A DNA stretch of 64,000 nucleotides, from positions 576,001-640,000 of the forward strand of contig CAWFAK010000008.1 in the NCBI GenBank assembly GCA_963813715.1, read 5' to 3'. The notes beneath the pieces are model-generated. The model searched no databases. It saw only the letters and a program-made list of their open reading frames with translations, and was not told where the DNA came from. The DNA comes from an uncultured Planctomycetaceae bacterium. GTDB lineage: Bacteria; Planctomycetota; Planctomycetia; Planctomycetales; Planctomycetaceae. The translations under genes and the position numbers were made by a program. Positions 1 through 11,045 of the stretch are shown here, piece by piece (the first letter of the stretch is position 1; the number at the start of each line of letters is the position of its first letter).

Positions 1-1
1 C

Positions 2-1486
2 CCGGCGCCGATTGAGCCGTACGTTCTCCAAGTCGTCGCGCCAAGCGGTTATGCCGAGGTCGAGCGTACGGCAACCGAATTGCCGGGAGAACTTCGCATC
101 AAACCGTGGGCCCGCCTGACGGGGCGCCTGCTGCAATCGGGAAAATCCGTGGCAAGCGTACCGCTCATCGTCGAACCAATCAGGGTCCACGCAACGGGCC
201 TTCCTCGCGCCTACGCGATCCGGCAGGGCGTGACGAAAGTGGATGGTTCATTCGTCATCGATCGCGTGCCGCCGATCCCGTCCTCCATCCAGGCGCAGCT
301 GCATTTTGCAACGCCTTCGCCGCTCAAATCGTCACAATCGGTGCCGCTGCAATTGAAGCCGGGCGAAACCATCGACCTCACGCTGGGCGGCAACGGCAGC
401 GAGATCACCGGACAGCTCGTGGCCGAAAACCAACCCACCAATTTCGATTATCACTTCGCGATCAACTACCTCGTCGCGAAGCGGCCCGGGATCGAACCGC
501 CCAAGACTTTGACCGGAAAAGATTTTGATTGGAAGCGAGGCTGGAGCGACGCCTGGCGCACGACCGCGGAGGGACAGACGTATCTCAAAACGCTCGAGCA
601 CTGGTTCGTGAAGCCCGAGCCGGACGGACGCTTTTCGATCTCGGGAGTTCCGCCGGGCGAGTATGATTTCGGCGTGGCGTTATTCGGCGCGACCGAGGGG
701 TGCCTGGTCCATCCGGTTGCTTCCCGCGTCGTTCACGTCTCAGTGAAACCAGGACAGAAGCAGCTCGCTCTGGGCAAGTTATCGATTCCGTCGCTCACTC
801 CCCCGAAGGTCGGCGACCTGGCCGGCGCGTTCGAGTTCGAGACGCCCAACGGCACCAAGACCAGCGTGGCCGCCTTCCGCGGCAGCTACGTGCTGATCGA
901 CTTTTGGGCGACCTGGTGCGGCCCGTGCGTGGCAAAGCTCGATACGGTCGAACATCTGCGGCACCAATTTGTCGGAGATCACCCGCTCGTCGTCATCGGC
1001 GCGAATCTCGATGCCGACACGGCAACGGCACGCAACTTCCTCAAATCCAAACCGCTCCCCTGGCAGCACGCCCTCTTGGGGGACTGGGCGAACACCGATG
1101 TGCCGCGCCGCTACGCAGTCTCGAACGTCCCCGCCTACGTGCTGATCGATCCCGCAGGCCGCATCCTGGCGAGCGAGTATTCGCTCGAGGCAATCGAGGC
1201 GAAGCTCAAAACTCGTCGCCGACAAGCCGAGCAGTCCCCCGGCGAAGGCCGGCAAGCCGCAGACGAGTCTCTCGCCAAAGCCGACTCCGGTGGCGGGTCG
1301 CGGAATCCAAGCCGCCTTGAGTCGGCTCTAAAGCTCGAAAAGCTTTCGAGCGTCCTGGATTGCGGAGTCGCCGCCACGTGCCGGTGGCCGTCGCGAACCC
1401 CGATGCCGTTCGCCGTGTCGCCTCCGGAATCGGTAACACTTCCCGGGGGAATGACTCATGAATGCCAGCGGCGGCGATTGGTTTGA
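2..1486 (+). CDS. Redoxin/TlpA-family thioredoxin-domain protein (5' partial; true C-terminus probably near 1230-1330)
   Basis: Frame open from base 2; LIDFWATWCGPC thioredoxin motif and VPAYVLIDPAG(RI) cis-Pro region; preceded by carboxypeptidase-regulatory-like repeats (DGSFVIDRVPP, DGRFSISGVPPGEY). The tail after KLKT looks frameshifted. Confidence 0.8.
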   Translation, partial: PAPIEPYVLQVVAPSGYAEVERTATELPGELRIKPWARLTGRLLQSGKSVASVPLIVEPIRVHATGLPRAYAIRQGVTKVDGSFVIDRVPPIPSSIQAQLHFATPSPLKSSQSVPLQLKPGETIDLTLGGNGSEITGQLVAENQPTNFDYHFAINYLVAKRPGIEPPKTLTGKDFDWKRGWSDAWRTTAEGQTYLKTLEHWFVKPEPDGRFSISGVPPGEYDFGVALFGATEGCLVHPVASRVVHVSVKPGQKQLALGKLSIPSLTPPKVGDLAGAFEFETPNGTKTSVAAFRGSYVLIDFWATWCGPCVAKLDTVEHLRHQFVGDHPLVVIGANLDADTATARNFLKSKPLPWQHALLGDWANTDVPRRYAVSNVPAYVLIDPAGRILASEYSLEAIEAKLKTRRRQAEQSPGEGRQAADESLAKADSGGGSRNPSRLESALKLEKLSSVLDCGVAATCRWPSRTPMPFAVSPPESVTLPGGMTHECQRRRLV

Positions 1487-2219
1487 GTCTGACGCGTTTT
1501 GGGAGCGGTTTTATCCGTTCATGTTCGCCGAGCCGCAGTTTGCGCTGGCGGCGGAGAATGTGCCCAAGATCGTCGCTCTTTCGGGAGTTGGCGGCGGCAG
1601 CCTGCTCGATTTGGCGTGTGGACCGGGGCGTTATGTCGTGCCGTTTGCGCAGGCCGGCTTTCGCGTGACGGGGGTCGACCGGACCCGGTGTTTGCTCGAG
1701 CGGGGGCGCGAGCGGGCGACGCAGATCGGCGTGGAAGCCGAGTGGGTCGCTGCGGACATGCGCGAGTTCGTGCGGCCCGCGGCTTTCGACCTGGCGATTA
1801 ACGTCTTCACGTCGTTTGGCTATTTCGACGATCCGGCCGAGAATCGCCGGGTGCTGGAGAATATTTTCGCCAGCCTCAAGCCGGGCGGGACGTTCGTGTT
1901 TGAGGCCGTCGGCAAGGAAATCCTCGCGGGGAAGTTTCAGCCGACGCAGGCTGAGACGCTGGCCGACGGCACGGTGATGATCCAGCGCCGGACGGTGATC
2001 GACGACTGGTCGCGGATCGACGTCGAGTGGATTTTGCTCAACGAAGGGCGGGCATCGAGCTACCGCCTGCGTCACTGGATTTACTCCGGTCGCGAAATCC
2101 TCGATTTGTTCGCCAACGTCGGCTTCACTGGCGTCGTACTCTACGGCGGACTGGACGGGTCGCCGTACGGCCCGCAGGCGCAACGGCTGGCGGCCGTGGC
2201 CAAGAAGCCCCACGCCTAG
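1458..2219 (+). CDS. Class I SAM-dependent methyltransferase
   Basis: LLDLACGPG motif I, VTGVD, ADMREF, FDLAINVFTSFGYF, LKPGG. Confidence 0.9.
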   Translation: MNASGGDWFESDAFWERFYPFMFAEPQFALAAENVPKIVALSGVGGGSLLDLACGPGRYVVPFAQAGFRVTGVDRTRCLLERGRERATQIGVEAEWVAADMREFVRPAAFDLAINVFTSFGYFDDPAENRRVLENIFASLKPGGTFVFEAVGKEILAGKFQPTQAETLADGTVMIQRRTVIDDWSRIDVEWILLNEGRASSYRLRHWIYSGREILDLFANVGFTGVVLYGGLDGSPYGPQAQRLAAVAKKPHA

Positions 2220-2364
2220 GCCCCGCCCGGTCTCCGGCCCCTGGCGGCGTGTGCCGCGCTCCTCTTGTATGATTGGTGGAGACCTCGCTGCGCGGCCGAG
2301 AGATTTCCCGCCGGGAAATCCCCGGTTGGGCGGCATTCTTCCGACCGCGGGCAGGGCCGACTGA

Positions 2365-3754
2365 ATGAAAGCAATCGCCTGGCTGATCGTTGCCGGAATC
2401 GGCATCGGCCTTGCGGTCTGGACCTATCGAGCGGAACGCCCGAGCGAATTCACGCCAATTTCGTCCGGCGTGATCGTCGCGGCCCGCTCGTCCGCGCAGC
2501 GGTTCGACCAGCCGGTTCCCTTTCCGACAGCCAAGGCGCGGGTGCTGTCGCTTCCCGTGATGGGAATCTCCGCCATGCTCGGCATGTCGTCGGGAGGCGG
2601 AGGCGACTCGGGTCGCGGCCTGCGGTTCCAGCTTTCGGAAAAGCTGATTCAGGTGTCGCTGCCCGACGCGGGGATTCGCGAAAGCAGCCTGGCGTGGGGC
2701 AAGCTGCCGCGGATGGAGCGGAACGAAGTTCTTGCCGGCGCGGAGGCCGCTCATCAGGACCGCTTCGAGATCGACGGGACGGAGTACAAGATCACCGGCG
2801 GGCTCGCGCGCGAAGCGGGGCTGTTCACGCGCTGCTACGTGCTGCCGGAGGCCGATCGCACGGGCGAGCACGGCGACGAGGGGAACTCGAGCTTTCGGGC
2901 CGCGCTCTTGATCCCGATGGATGCCTGGCAACTCGCCAAGCGAGAGACGAATGAGCAACTCAACGGGCTGTTTCCCGCCAAAGAGTTCGATCGCGTTTCG
3001 TGCGTGCCCAGCACGTCGCCGCGGGCCTTTTCGCTGATCCTCTTGGGCCAGGGGCTGTTGCTGTTGGGAGGCTCGGGCTTCTTGATCGCAGTTTACGCGG
3101 CTGCCGCGTCCCGCGTTCGCTGGTCCGTGCTCCGCGATCCGCTCGTCGCGCTCTCCACGCATCGGCGGCTCAACTGGGGAGTGCACCTCAGTTATTTCGG
3201 GCTTTATTTAGTCACGGCGTGCCTGGTCTACCGCACGCCCGATGTTCACAACGCAATGCAGGCGATCGTGCAAGGTCAACTGCGGCAGGGAGGCGGACTG
3301 CTGCAGTATGCGGCGAGCGCCCTACTCGACGGGCAATATTGCCTGGGCCGCGCTCGTCACGTTTTCCATCAATTTCGTCGTCGGTTCGCTCGTCTTCCTG
3401 ACGCTGCCTTCGTGCGTCGTTCCGGGGAGCGGGGTAATCCTGGCCGTGTTCCGAGCGATCTCCTGGGGACTGTTGTTGGGACCGGCCACCTGGCAGCAGG
3501 CGCTCGTCATGCTGCCCCACTCGGGCACCCTCCTGCTCGAGGGGGAGGGATACATCCTTGCCACGTTTTTCGGACTGATGATGGCGCAGCTGGTTTTTCA
3601 CCGCGATTCAACGGCAAGCGTGCGCTCGAACTATACTCAAGGCATCCTGCTCAATTTGAGGGGCAGCGTTTTAGTGGCGCTCGTGCTGGCCGTGGCGGCA
3701 ATTTACGAGTCGAGCGAAGTGATTTGGATGATGAAACACTTGGGGACCGGCTGA
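2365..3754 (+). CDS. Membrane protein with C-terminal stage II sporulation protein M (SpoIIM/DUF95)-like domain; frameshift near 3320
   Basis: ORF 2365 joins ORF 3242..3754; several TM segments; LPHSGTLLLEGEGY and AAIYE resemble the SpoIIM PHG..E and AA..E motifs. Confidence 0.6.
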
Positions 3755-3782
3755 CCGCACCGCGATTTGCGAAAGGGTCTCA

Positions 3783-3989
3783 ATGCTGGAGAATCGGAGC
3801 CTCAGCATCCTGGAGGAGCCGCTGGCACCGCCTTGGTTTGGCCGGTGCCCGACTTGCCGTCGCTGGTTCGTTTTCCGGCAGGTCAGGCAGCACTCCGATT
3901 CGCTCTCGCGGACTGTGCAGATGTGGCGCTGCCAGCGCTGTGGTTACGAAGAAACGTTCGCCGACCAGCATCCTCCTCACGCGATTTAG
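3783..3989 (+). CDS. Small zinc-ribbon protein (68 aa)
   Basis: CPTC...CQRC pairs; fills the gap between two co-oriented genes. Confidence 0.5.
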   Translation: MLENRSLSILEEPLAPPWFGRCPTCRRWFVFRQVRQHSDSLSRTVQMWRCQRCGYEETFADQHPPHAI

Positions 3990-4015
3990 AATCAACGCTT
4001 AGCGAGACAACTACG

Positions 4016-6060
4016 GTGTGCGGCATCGCGGGAGTGGCTTGGACGGCGGACGCGGAACCGGCGTCGCCCGACGTCGTTTGGCGGATGACCGACGTCTTGT
4101 CGCACCGCGGCCCGGACGATGCCGCCGTCTATCATTCCGCAGCCGGCCGGCGCCTGCGCACGGCGAGCCGCTGCCGGATGGTCAGGCTGCGGCGGGAAAG
4201 GCCGGTGCCGCGCTCGGTTTCCGGCGGCTGGCGATCATCGATCTGGTCACGGGCCTGCAGCCGCTCTCGAACGAAGATGAAACGGTGTGGATCTCCTTCA
4301 ACGGCGAGATCTACAACTACCAGGAACTACGGCCCGATCTCGAGGCGCGGGGCCATCGCTTTCGCACCAACGGCGACACCGAAACGATCGTCCATCTGTA
4401 TGAGGAATACGGGCCACAGTGCGTCGACCGGCTTCGCGGGATGTTCGCGCTGGCCATCTGGGATGCGAGGCGACAACGGCTGTTTCTCGCTCGCGATCGG
4501 CTCGGAAAAAAGCCGCTGTTTTATCGGCACGACGGCGCACGCCTGCTTTTTGGCAGCGAGCTGAAGGCTTTGCTGCAGTTTCCCGGCGTGCCGCGGGAAG
4601 TCGATCCGGCGGCGCTCGACGCCTATCTGACCTATCAATACGTACCGCACCCCGAGTGCATTCTGCGGGGTTATCAGAAGCTGCCACCCGGACACTGGGC
4701 GATTTACGAGAACGGCCGGCTCGAGGTCGAGCGTTACTGGACGCCTCCTTACGCTGCGCCTCCCGCTTCCGCCAACGGAAACGGCCACGGTTTGTCACAG
4801 CAGCGGTCGTACGAGCAATGGCAAGCCGAGCTGCGCTCCACGCTCACCGAGGCCGTTCGTTTGCGGCTGCGGAGCGACGTGCCTCTGGGAGCGTTTTTGT
4901 CGGGGGGCATCGATTCGACGATCATCTCCGGCTTGATGCAGCGGCTCTCCAGCCAGCCGATTCACACGTTCTCGATCGGCTTTCCGGTCAAGAAATTCGA
5001 TGAAACGTCCTACGCCCGCGAGGCGGCGGCCTTCCTGGGCACGCAGCATCACGAGCAGATCGTCGAGCCGCACGCCCTGTCGATCCTCCCCAAGCTCATC
5101 TGGCACTACGACGAGCCGTTCGCCGACAGCTCGGCCATTCCGATGATGTATTTGTCGGAGATGACGCGACGCGAAGTGACGGTCGCTCTCTCCGGCGACG
5201 GCGGGGACGAGCTGTTTTGCGGCTACGACCGCTATCGGGCCGTGCGGATCGCGGAGCGGACCGATCGCCTGCCGGGCTGGGTCAAACGATTCCTCTCGGC
5301 TCCGCTGTGGCAGCGGTTCCCGAGTTCGGTGGAGCAAAAATCGTTTCGCCGTCGCGTGAAGCGGCTGCTGGCCGAGCTGTCGAAACCGCCCGAGCGGCGC
5401 TACCTGCGGTGGATCAACATTTTTGATGAGGGCCGCCGCCAGGCCCTGTACACGGACGACTTTCGCGCGCGGTTGGGGGCGATCGACTCGGCCGACTTTC
5501 TGCTCGACGGCCTACCGCGAATGCCCCGACCGCGACTTCATCACGCGGACAACCTGCGCGGACGTGCTGACCTATCTCCCCTGCGACATCCTCACGAAGG
5601 TCGACATCGCCACGATGGCCTACGGGCTCGAGGGCCGCTGCCCGTTCCTGGACACGCAGGTGGCCGAGCTGGCCGCCCGCATGCCGATCGAGCTGAAGCA
5701 GACGGCGTCCGGCGGCAAGCGAATCCTGATCGACACGTTCCGCGACCTGTTGCCGCCGTCGATTCAAAACCGCGCGAAGATGGGCTTCGGCGTGCCGCTG
5801 GATAGCTGGTTCCGGGGCGAATTGCGACCGCTGCTGCACGACACGCTGCTGGATTCGCGGAGCCTCTCGCGCAGGATTCTTTAAGCCCGAGAGCGTTCGC
5901 CGGCTAGTCCAGGAGCACGACGAGCGGCGCTGGGACCACAGCTATCGGCTGTGGGCCCTGCTGTGCTTCGAGCTGTGGCAGCGGACGTGGCTGGATCGAC
6001 TTCTCCGCCGCTCCGCCTCAATCGCCGGTCGCCAACATTGTGCACGCCGCAACCGTCTGA
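4016..6060 (+). CDS. asnB: Asparagine synthase (glutamine-hydrolysing) family amidotransferase; about 4 frameshifts
   Basis: GTG-start MCGIAG (Ntn Cys2), HRGPD, FNGEIYNY, LARDRLGKKPL, FLSGGIDS, LSGDGGDELF, KMGFGVP, YRLWALLCFELW spread over several frames. Confidence 0.9.
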
Positions 6061-6092
6061 GGAATGGCGACGTCCAGGACGACCTGAGAGCG

Positions 6093-6241
6093 AAAAAGAG
6101 CTGCGTCCCCTTTTGTTGCTCAACAACGCACGGAAGCGGAGCGCACGATCGGGGCTACGTTTACACGCGGCCGAAGCGGACGCAGGGCAAAAGCAGAAGA
6201 GGACGCTCGAAAATAGGTTCCTGACACCTCCTTCTTTTTTT
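6093..6241. repeat. Two short non-palindromic A/T-flanked repeats
   Basis: AAAAAGAGCTGCGTCCCCTTTT (6093-6114) and AAAATAGGTTCCTGACACCT (from 6210); the core CCTGACACCT recurs at 7999-8008. Confidence 0.45.
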
Positions 6242-6260
6242 CGGACTCGATTCCGCGTCG

Positions 6261-6764
6261 CTACCGTTTAGTGTCAGGATGAACGCCGATAACCTCCCAT
6301 TGATCCTGGCACGTGGGCTGAGCCAGGTTATCGGCAAAATGGAACTGATAGTGCGTGATCTCAAGCGAGTCCAACGTGAACCGGTACCGTTGACCGCTCA
6401 CGGTGGGCGGCCCAAACGATCTTCTCGTATTTGGAACTTCCACGCCGTTCAGCGTTTGCCAATATTCACCTTGCAGGACTCCCGCATTCGAGTTCACGTA
6501 GACATACAAGGGCGGCCACTCAACCGGCACGTTCAAACGATCGACAGTTATTTCCGGACCACCTTGCCTTTCCGTCAGATGGTCAATTTGGACGTAACAG
6601 GGCGTAGCCGTCGTACGGTAAGCCTGACCGTACGTCCCTGTCGGACAACAGTACGTCCACTGGCAGCAGCACCTTCGCATCCGACACGATCTCTTGGCCT
6701 CCGCATTGCCACCGAACCACAAAACGGCACAAATGATGATCGCAAGTACGAAAAAACGCCTCAT
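6261..6764 (-). CDS. Hypothetical secreted protein with a Cys-rich N-terminal segment
   Basis: Signal-peptide-like MRRFFVLAIIICAVLWFGGNAEA, then SCRMRRCCCQWTYCC; lower GC than neighbours. Confidence 0.6.
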   Translation of the reverse strand: MRRFFVLAIIICAVLWFGGNAEAKRSCRMRRCCCQWTYCCPTGTYGQAYRTTATPCYVQIDHLTERQGGPEITVDRLNVPVEWPPLYVYVNSNAGVLQGEYWQTLNGVEVPNTRRSFGPPTVSGQRYRFTLDSLEITHYQFHFADNLAQPTCQDQWEVIGVHPDTKR

Positions 6765-7314
6765 GGGACCACTCCGATCGTTCTGACGAGAGGTGTAATG
6801 AAAGTAACGGCCTGGATATCCATCGAAGCCGCGCCATTCTGCGGCTCTTTGCTCGCCGAAATCAAGCCGTTTTCACTGTCCTGCGTGTCTGATCCCTCTT
6901 TGTTGCCAATCTCCTGGACACCGCGCCTATGCCGTGCGGCAGGGCTGGTTTCTGTCACTTACAGTCTCGATGCCTTCCGGCGCGGCCTCGACCGAGATCC
7001 GTCGCCGCTGGAGCGCAATTCGCACCGCGAGGTTTTCTGCACCACGCTCGACGGTCCGGCGGGCGATGCTTATCCCGCGACGCCTGTGTTCGACGTCGAG
7101 CTTTGCACTTCACGCTTGAGTTCAACGACATCGACGTGGCGCTGGCTTATCGAGCAAAAAGAGGAAGCAACTCTTTATTGCTGAGTCTTCGTCGTCACAC
7201 TTCTGCACTCCCGGACTTCCGAAAAGCGGGTCGCCCGGGCCACGGCCGGTCTTCGTGGGAATGTCAAAATCGAATCCGCTTCGCCGCCCGTTTGAGGCCG
7301 CCGGGTGCCGCGGG

Positions 7315-7955
7315 CTACCGGTCGCGTGAAGCCGCAATCCGCCCCATCCGTCCGCTTCGATAGTCGTCGATCGTCTGGCGGATTTCTTCCTGCGTCCGCG
7401 TCTTGCCAGCGTTCCAGATGGTGTCCATGAACTCATGATGGCCGATCCGGCTCACTCCACGCGCGATCGCGGCCATGATGGCCCACCAGTCGCCGTGCTT
7501 CAGAGCGTGCGACGGAATCCAAAGGCCGGGCAACGCCGTGCTCATGATCAGCTCGTTATCGGCAGTTGTGATCACCGAGAACTTGCCGTCGATCAGACGA
7601 TTCCAGATCCACTCAAGTGGCTCCGTGAGGCGGACGGCGACGTACTCGATCACTGCGGCCCGCTCGAAGCATTCGCGCCGGTGTTCGTAGTCGAGCAGGT
7701 CGTTTTCCGGGAAAACGTCCAGGACAAAATTGGGCGGTCCCTTGAAAACGTCGTACGACGGCTCGGGTCGCATTGCTTGAGCGGACCGTGGTTGACCTGG
7801 ACGACGATGCCGGGACAGAACCGGGTGCCGTCATCCAATTGGACCGTCGCGTGGACGCAACAGTACAAGCCGGGCGAGAACAGCCGGTAGTAGTTGATGC
7901 ACGTTGCGAGATCGGTCAACAGCGCGGATTGACCAACATCGAGTTCACGGGACAT
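7315..7955 (-). CDS. Uma2-family (PD-(D/E)xK-like) endonuclease, divergent; frameshift near 7775
   Basis: GPPNFVLDV, FERAAVIEY, IMSTALPGLW are typical Uma2 C-terminal motifs; the PD motif appears as CPG. Confidence 0.7.
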
Positions 7956-8025
7956 AACGGCACCTCTTGGGGGGAATGACCAGCTTACCGGAACCGTGCC
8001 TGACACCTTTTCCTCTCTGCTAAGC

Positions 8026-8135
8026 GTGGCGGGGACGCTCCGCCTTGCGGAAGCCCCGTTTGCCTGTTTGCAATCGCGCCGCTGACCTTCGGCAAAGTCC
8101 CGGGGTTTCCGCAAGCGGAGCGCCTGGGCCACCCC
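8026..8135. repeat. REP doublet (REPIN-like inverted pair), family A
   Basis: GTGGCGGGGACGCTCCGCCTTGCGGAAGCCCCG ... CGGGGTTTCCGCAAGCGGAGCGCCTGGGCCACCCC; related copy at 27194-27229. Confidence 0.7.
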
Positions 8136-8357
8136 ACCAGATTACGATTGAAGGGGGACCGAGCAGGAGCCCGTTCACCGGACGGTTGGGCCCTTCCCCT
8201 GGCGTTGAAATATCCGCGGGCATTGTTAGAGTATCGAACTGAAACAGTCGAGGTATCAAATTCGGACCGAAAGTGCTCTTTGTCGGGCTTTTCCGTCAGG
8301 TTCAGACGTTGAATTTTGGACGGAAAGCATTCTGCAGCAGCGAGTTGGGATCGCAGC

Positions 8358-8627
8358 ATGAAGATGACTGAGGATCGGAAGACCGAGCTGATTCGCCAAT
8401 ATCAGCGGACCGAGGCGGACACCGGGTCTCCGGAAGTACAGATTGCCGTTTTGACCGAGCGCATCTCCAACTTGACCGAGCACTTGCAGACCCATCAAAA
8501 GGATCACGCGAGCCGGCGAGGCCTGCTGATGCAGGTCCATAAGCGTAAGCGCCTGCTTGAGTACCTGCGACGGACGGATCCCGAACGATTCCGCGACATC
8601 AAGAATAAGCTTTCGATCCGGAAGTAG
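8358..8627 (+). CDS. rpsO: 30S ribosomal protein S15
   Basis: [32 protein letters not shown]; directly upstream of pnp. Confidence 0.98.
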   Translation: MKMTEDRKTELIRQYQRTEADTGSPEVQIAVLTERISNLTEHLQTHQKDHASRRGLLMQVHKRKRLLEYLRRTDPERFRDIKNKLSIRK

Positions 8628-8855
8628 TTCGTCGCTTGGTTTCGTGTCACGTATTTCGAGCCTGGCGCATGGTGCGCAGCGGCTTGAAGTCAGGTCACTC
8701 GCATTTCGGCAGACCTGCAATCGGGCAGGCTTGTCTGCTCGGCGGCTCGCGCGAGTCGCGGCGAGGTCGGCCGGTTCGTGGTCCGCGCTGCGGGGTTGCC
8801 GCAGAGGGCGGCGCGCACGAGATCCAAGCGCCAAGAGTCATTGAGGAAAATATTT

Positions 8856-11003
8856 GTGAAAGTCACTGTTGAACGTGAAATCGGGGGCCGCACCTTTAGT
8901 CTGACAACCGGCGAAATCGCCAAGCAGGCCAGCGGGGCCGTGCTGGTGCAATTGGGAGAAACCGTCGTCTTTGTCGCCGCCCAATCGGGCCCTCCCCGCC
9001 CCGGCATCGATTTCTTCCCGCTCACCGTCGATTACCGCGAGCGCCTGGCTGCCGCCGGCCGCTTTCCGGGCGGCTTCCTCAAACGCGAAGGACGGCCGAC
9101 GACCCGCGAAATCCTGACCAGCCGGCTCACCGACCGGCCGCTGCGTCCGCTCTTCCCGGAAGGCTTCAACGACGAGGTGCAGATCCAGGGGCAATGCATC
9201 GCGTGCGACCCGGAGAACGATCCGGACGTGCTCTCCGTCACTGGGGCTAGCGCTGCCCTCTGCGTGTCGAACATTCCCTTCAACAATCCGATCGCCGCCG
9301 TCCGCGTCGGCCAGGTGGACGGACGCTGGATCATCTTTCCGACGCAGGAAGAGCTCAAGACGAGCACGCTCGACCTGATCGTCGCCGGCAGCAAAGACTC
9401 GGTGCTGATGATCGAGGGCTTCGGGCAGGAAATCCCCGAAGACAAGATGGTCGAAGCCATCATGTTCGGGCACCGCGAAATCGTGAAGCTGTGCGAGCTG
9501 CAGGATGAACTCGTGTCGAAGGCCGGCGTCAAGCCGACCGTCTTCGAGGCTCCGGCCGCCAATCCGTTCATCGCGATCCTGGAAAGCCGGCGCCTCGACA
9601 AGCTGAAGGCCCTCAAGCAGAACCCCAGCAAGGCCGAACGGCACTCGGCGACGGACGAGCTCAAGGCAGCCCTGGCGAAGGAATTCTTCCCCGAGGGGGC
9701 CGACGTCGACGCCGAAGGCCGCACCAAGCTGCAATTCAACGTCGCCTTCTACGACATCGAAGGCAAGGCCGTCCGCGGCCTGTTGCTCGAGGGCAAACGT
9801 CTCGACGGCCGGGCGACCGACGAGCTCCGCAACGTCAGCTGCGAGGTCGGCGTGCTGCCCCGCGTGCACGGGTCGGCCCTCTTCACCCGCGGCGAAACGC
9901 AGTCGCTGGCGACCGTCGCCCTGGGCACCCCCCGCGACAAGCAGCGGGTCGACGGCCTCTTCGGCGAAGTCTCCAACCGCTTCATGCTGCACTACTACTT
10001 CCCCTCCTATTCGGTGGGCGAAGTGCGGCCGATCCGCGGACCGGGACGGCGTGAAATCGGCCACGGCTGCCTGGCGGAACGCTCCGTCGAGCGGATCATC
10101 CCGGCCGAGGAACGCTTCCCCTACACGATCCGCATCATCTCCGATATCACCGAGTCCAACGGCTCCAGCTCGATGGCGAGCGTCTGCAGTGCCACCCTCT
10201 CGATGATGGACGCCGGCGTGCCCATCGTTCAGCCGGTCGCCGGCGTGTCGATCGGCCTGGTCAAAGAATCCGACGACCGCTTCACCCTGCTGACCGACAT
10301 CATGGGTGACGAGGACCACTTCGGCGACATGGACTTCAAGGTCGCCGGCACGCAGCGCGGCGTGACCGGCATCCAGCTGGACCTCAAGATCGACGGCATC
10401 AGCGAGAAAATCATCCGCGAGACGCTGCAGCAGGCACACACGGCCCGCCGCGAGCTGTTGCGGACGATGCTCGGCGTGATCCGCAAGCCGCGGGGAGACA
10501 TTTCTCCGTACGCACCGCGGCTCACGCAGATCAAGATCGATCCGGAAAAGATCGGTCTCTTGATCGGCCCGGGCGGCAAGACAATCCGCAGCATCCAGGA
10601 AGCGTCGAAAGTCACGATCGACGTGCAGGACGACGGCACGGTGACCGTGGCCGGCCTGAACGGCCCGTCGGTCGAGGAGGCCCTGGCGACCATCGAGGCT
10701 CTGACCGAGGAAATCAAGGTCGGACGCATCTACGAAGGGACCGTCAGCTCAGTGAAGGACTTCGGCGCCTTCATCGAGATTGCTCCCGGCAAGGACGGCC
10801 TGTGCCACATCAGCGAGCTGTCGGACGGTTACGTCAAGAACGTCACCGACGTTTGCCGCGTCGGCGACAAGCTGTCGGTGAAAGTCATCGCGGTCGACGA
10901 TCAGAATCGGGTCAAGCTGTCGCGGAAGGCCGTCCTGGCCGAGGCCGCAGCCCGTGCCGGCGGCAATGGTGACGGCGACGCCGAGGGCGATCGAGCGAAT
11001 TAG
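8856..11003 (+). CDS. pnp: Polyribonucleotide nucleotidyltransferase
   Basis: FFPLTVDY, RREIGHG, ESNGSSSMAS, GDMDFKVAGT, KH (IGPGGKTI) and S1 domains; GTG start with GAGG RBS. Confidence 0.98.
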   Translation: MKVTVEREIGGRTFSLTTGEIAKQASGAVLVQLGETVVFVAAQSGPPRPGIDFFPLTVDYRERLAAAGRFPGGFLKREGRPTTREILTSRLTDRPLRPLFPEGFNDEVQIQGQCIACDPENDPDVLSVTGASAALCVSNIPFNNPIAAVRVGQVDGRWIIFPTQEELKTSTLDLIVAGSKDSVLMIEGFGQEIPEDKMVEAIMFGHREIVKLCELQDELVSKAGVKPTVFEAPAANPFIAILESRRLDKLKALKQNPSKAERHSATDELKAALAKEFFPEGADVDAEGRTKLQFNVAFYDIEGKAVRGLLLEGKRLDGRATDELRNVSCEVGVLPRVHGSALFTRGETQSLATVALGTPRDKQRVDGLFGEVSNRFMLHYYFPSYSVGEVRPIRGPGRREIGHGCLAERSVERIIPAEERFPYTIRIISDITESNGSSSMASVCSATLSMMDAGVPIVQPVAGVSIGLVKESDDRFTLLTDIMGDEDHFGDMDFKVAGTQRGVTGIQLDLKIDGISEKIIRETLQQAHTARRELLRTMLGVIRKPRGDISPYAPRLTQIKIDPEKIGLLIGPGGKTIRSIQEASKVTIDVQDDGTVTVAGLNGPSVEEALATIEALTEEIKVGRIYEGTVSSVKDFGAFIEIAPGKDGLCHISELSDGYVKNVTDVCRVGDKLSVKVIAVDDQNRVKLSRKAVLAEAAARAGGNGDGDAEGDRAN

Positions 11004-11045
11004 AACTTCACAGTTGAGCGGCCGCTCGATCGTAAGACCGCCGGC

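Noticed and set aside
1276..1380. Degenerate inverted repeat around CTCGAAAAGCTTTCGAG
   Set aside because: Possibly a decayed repeat, but the arms are too imperfect and it has no second copy in the window.
8838..10439. Long antisense ORFs (also 31691-33319, 37336-38997, 47730-49607, 45681-47150)
   Set aside because: Shadow frames of high-GC genes with no recognisable motifs.
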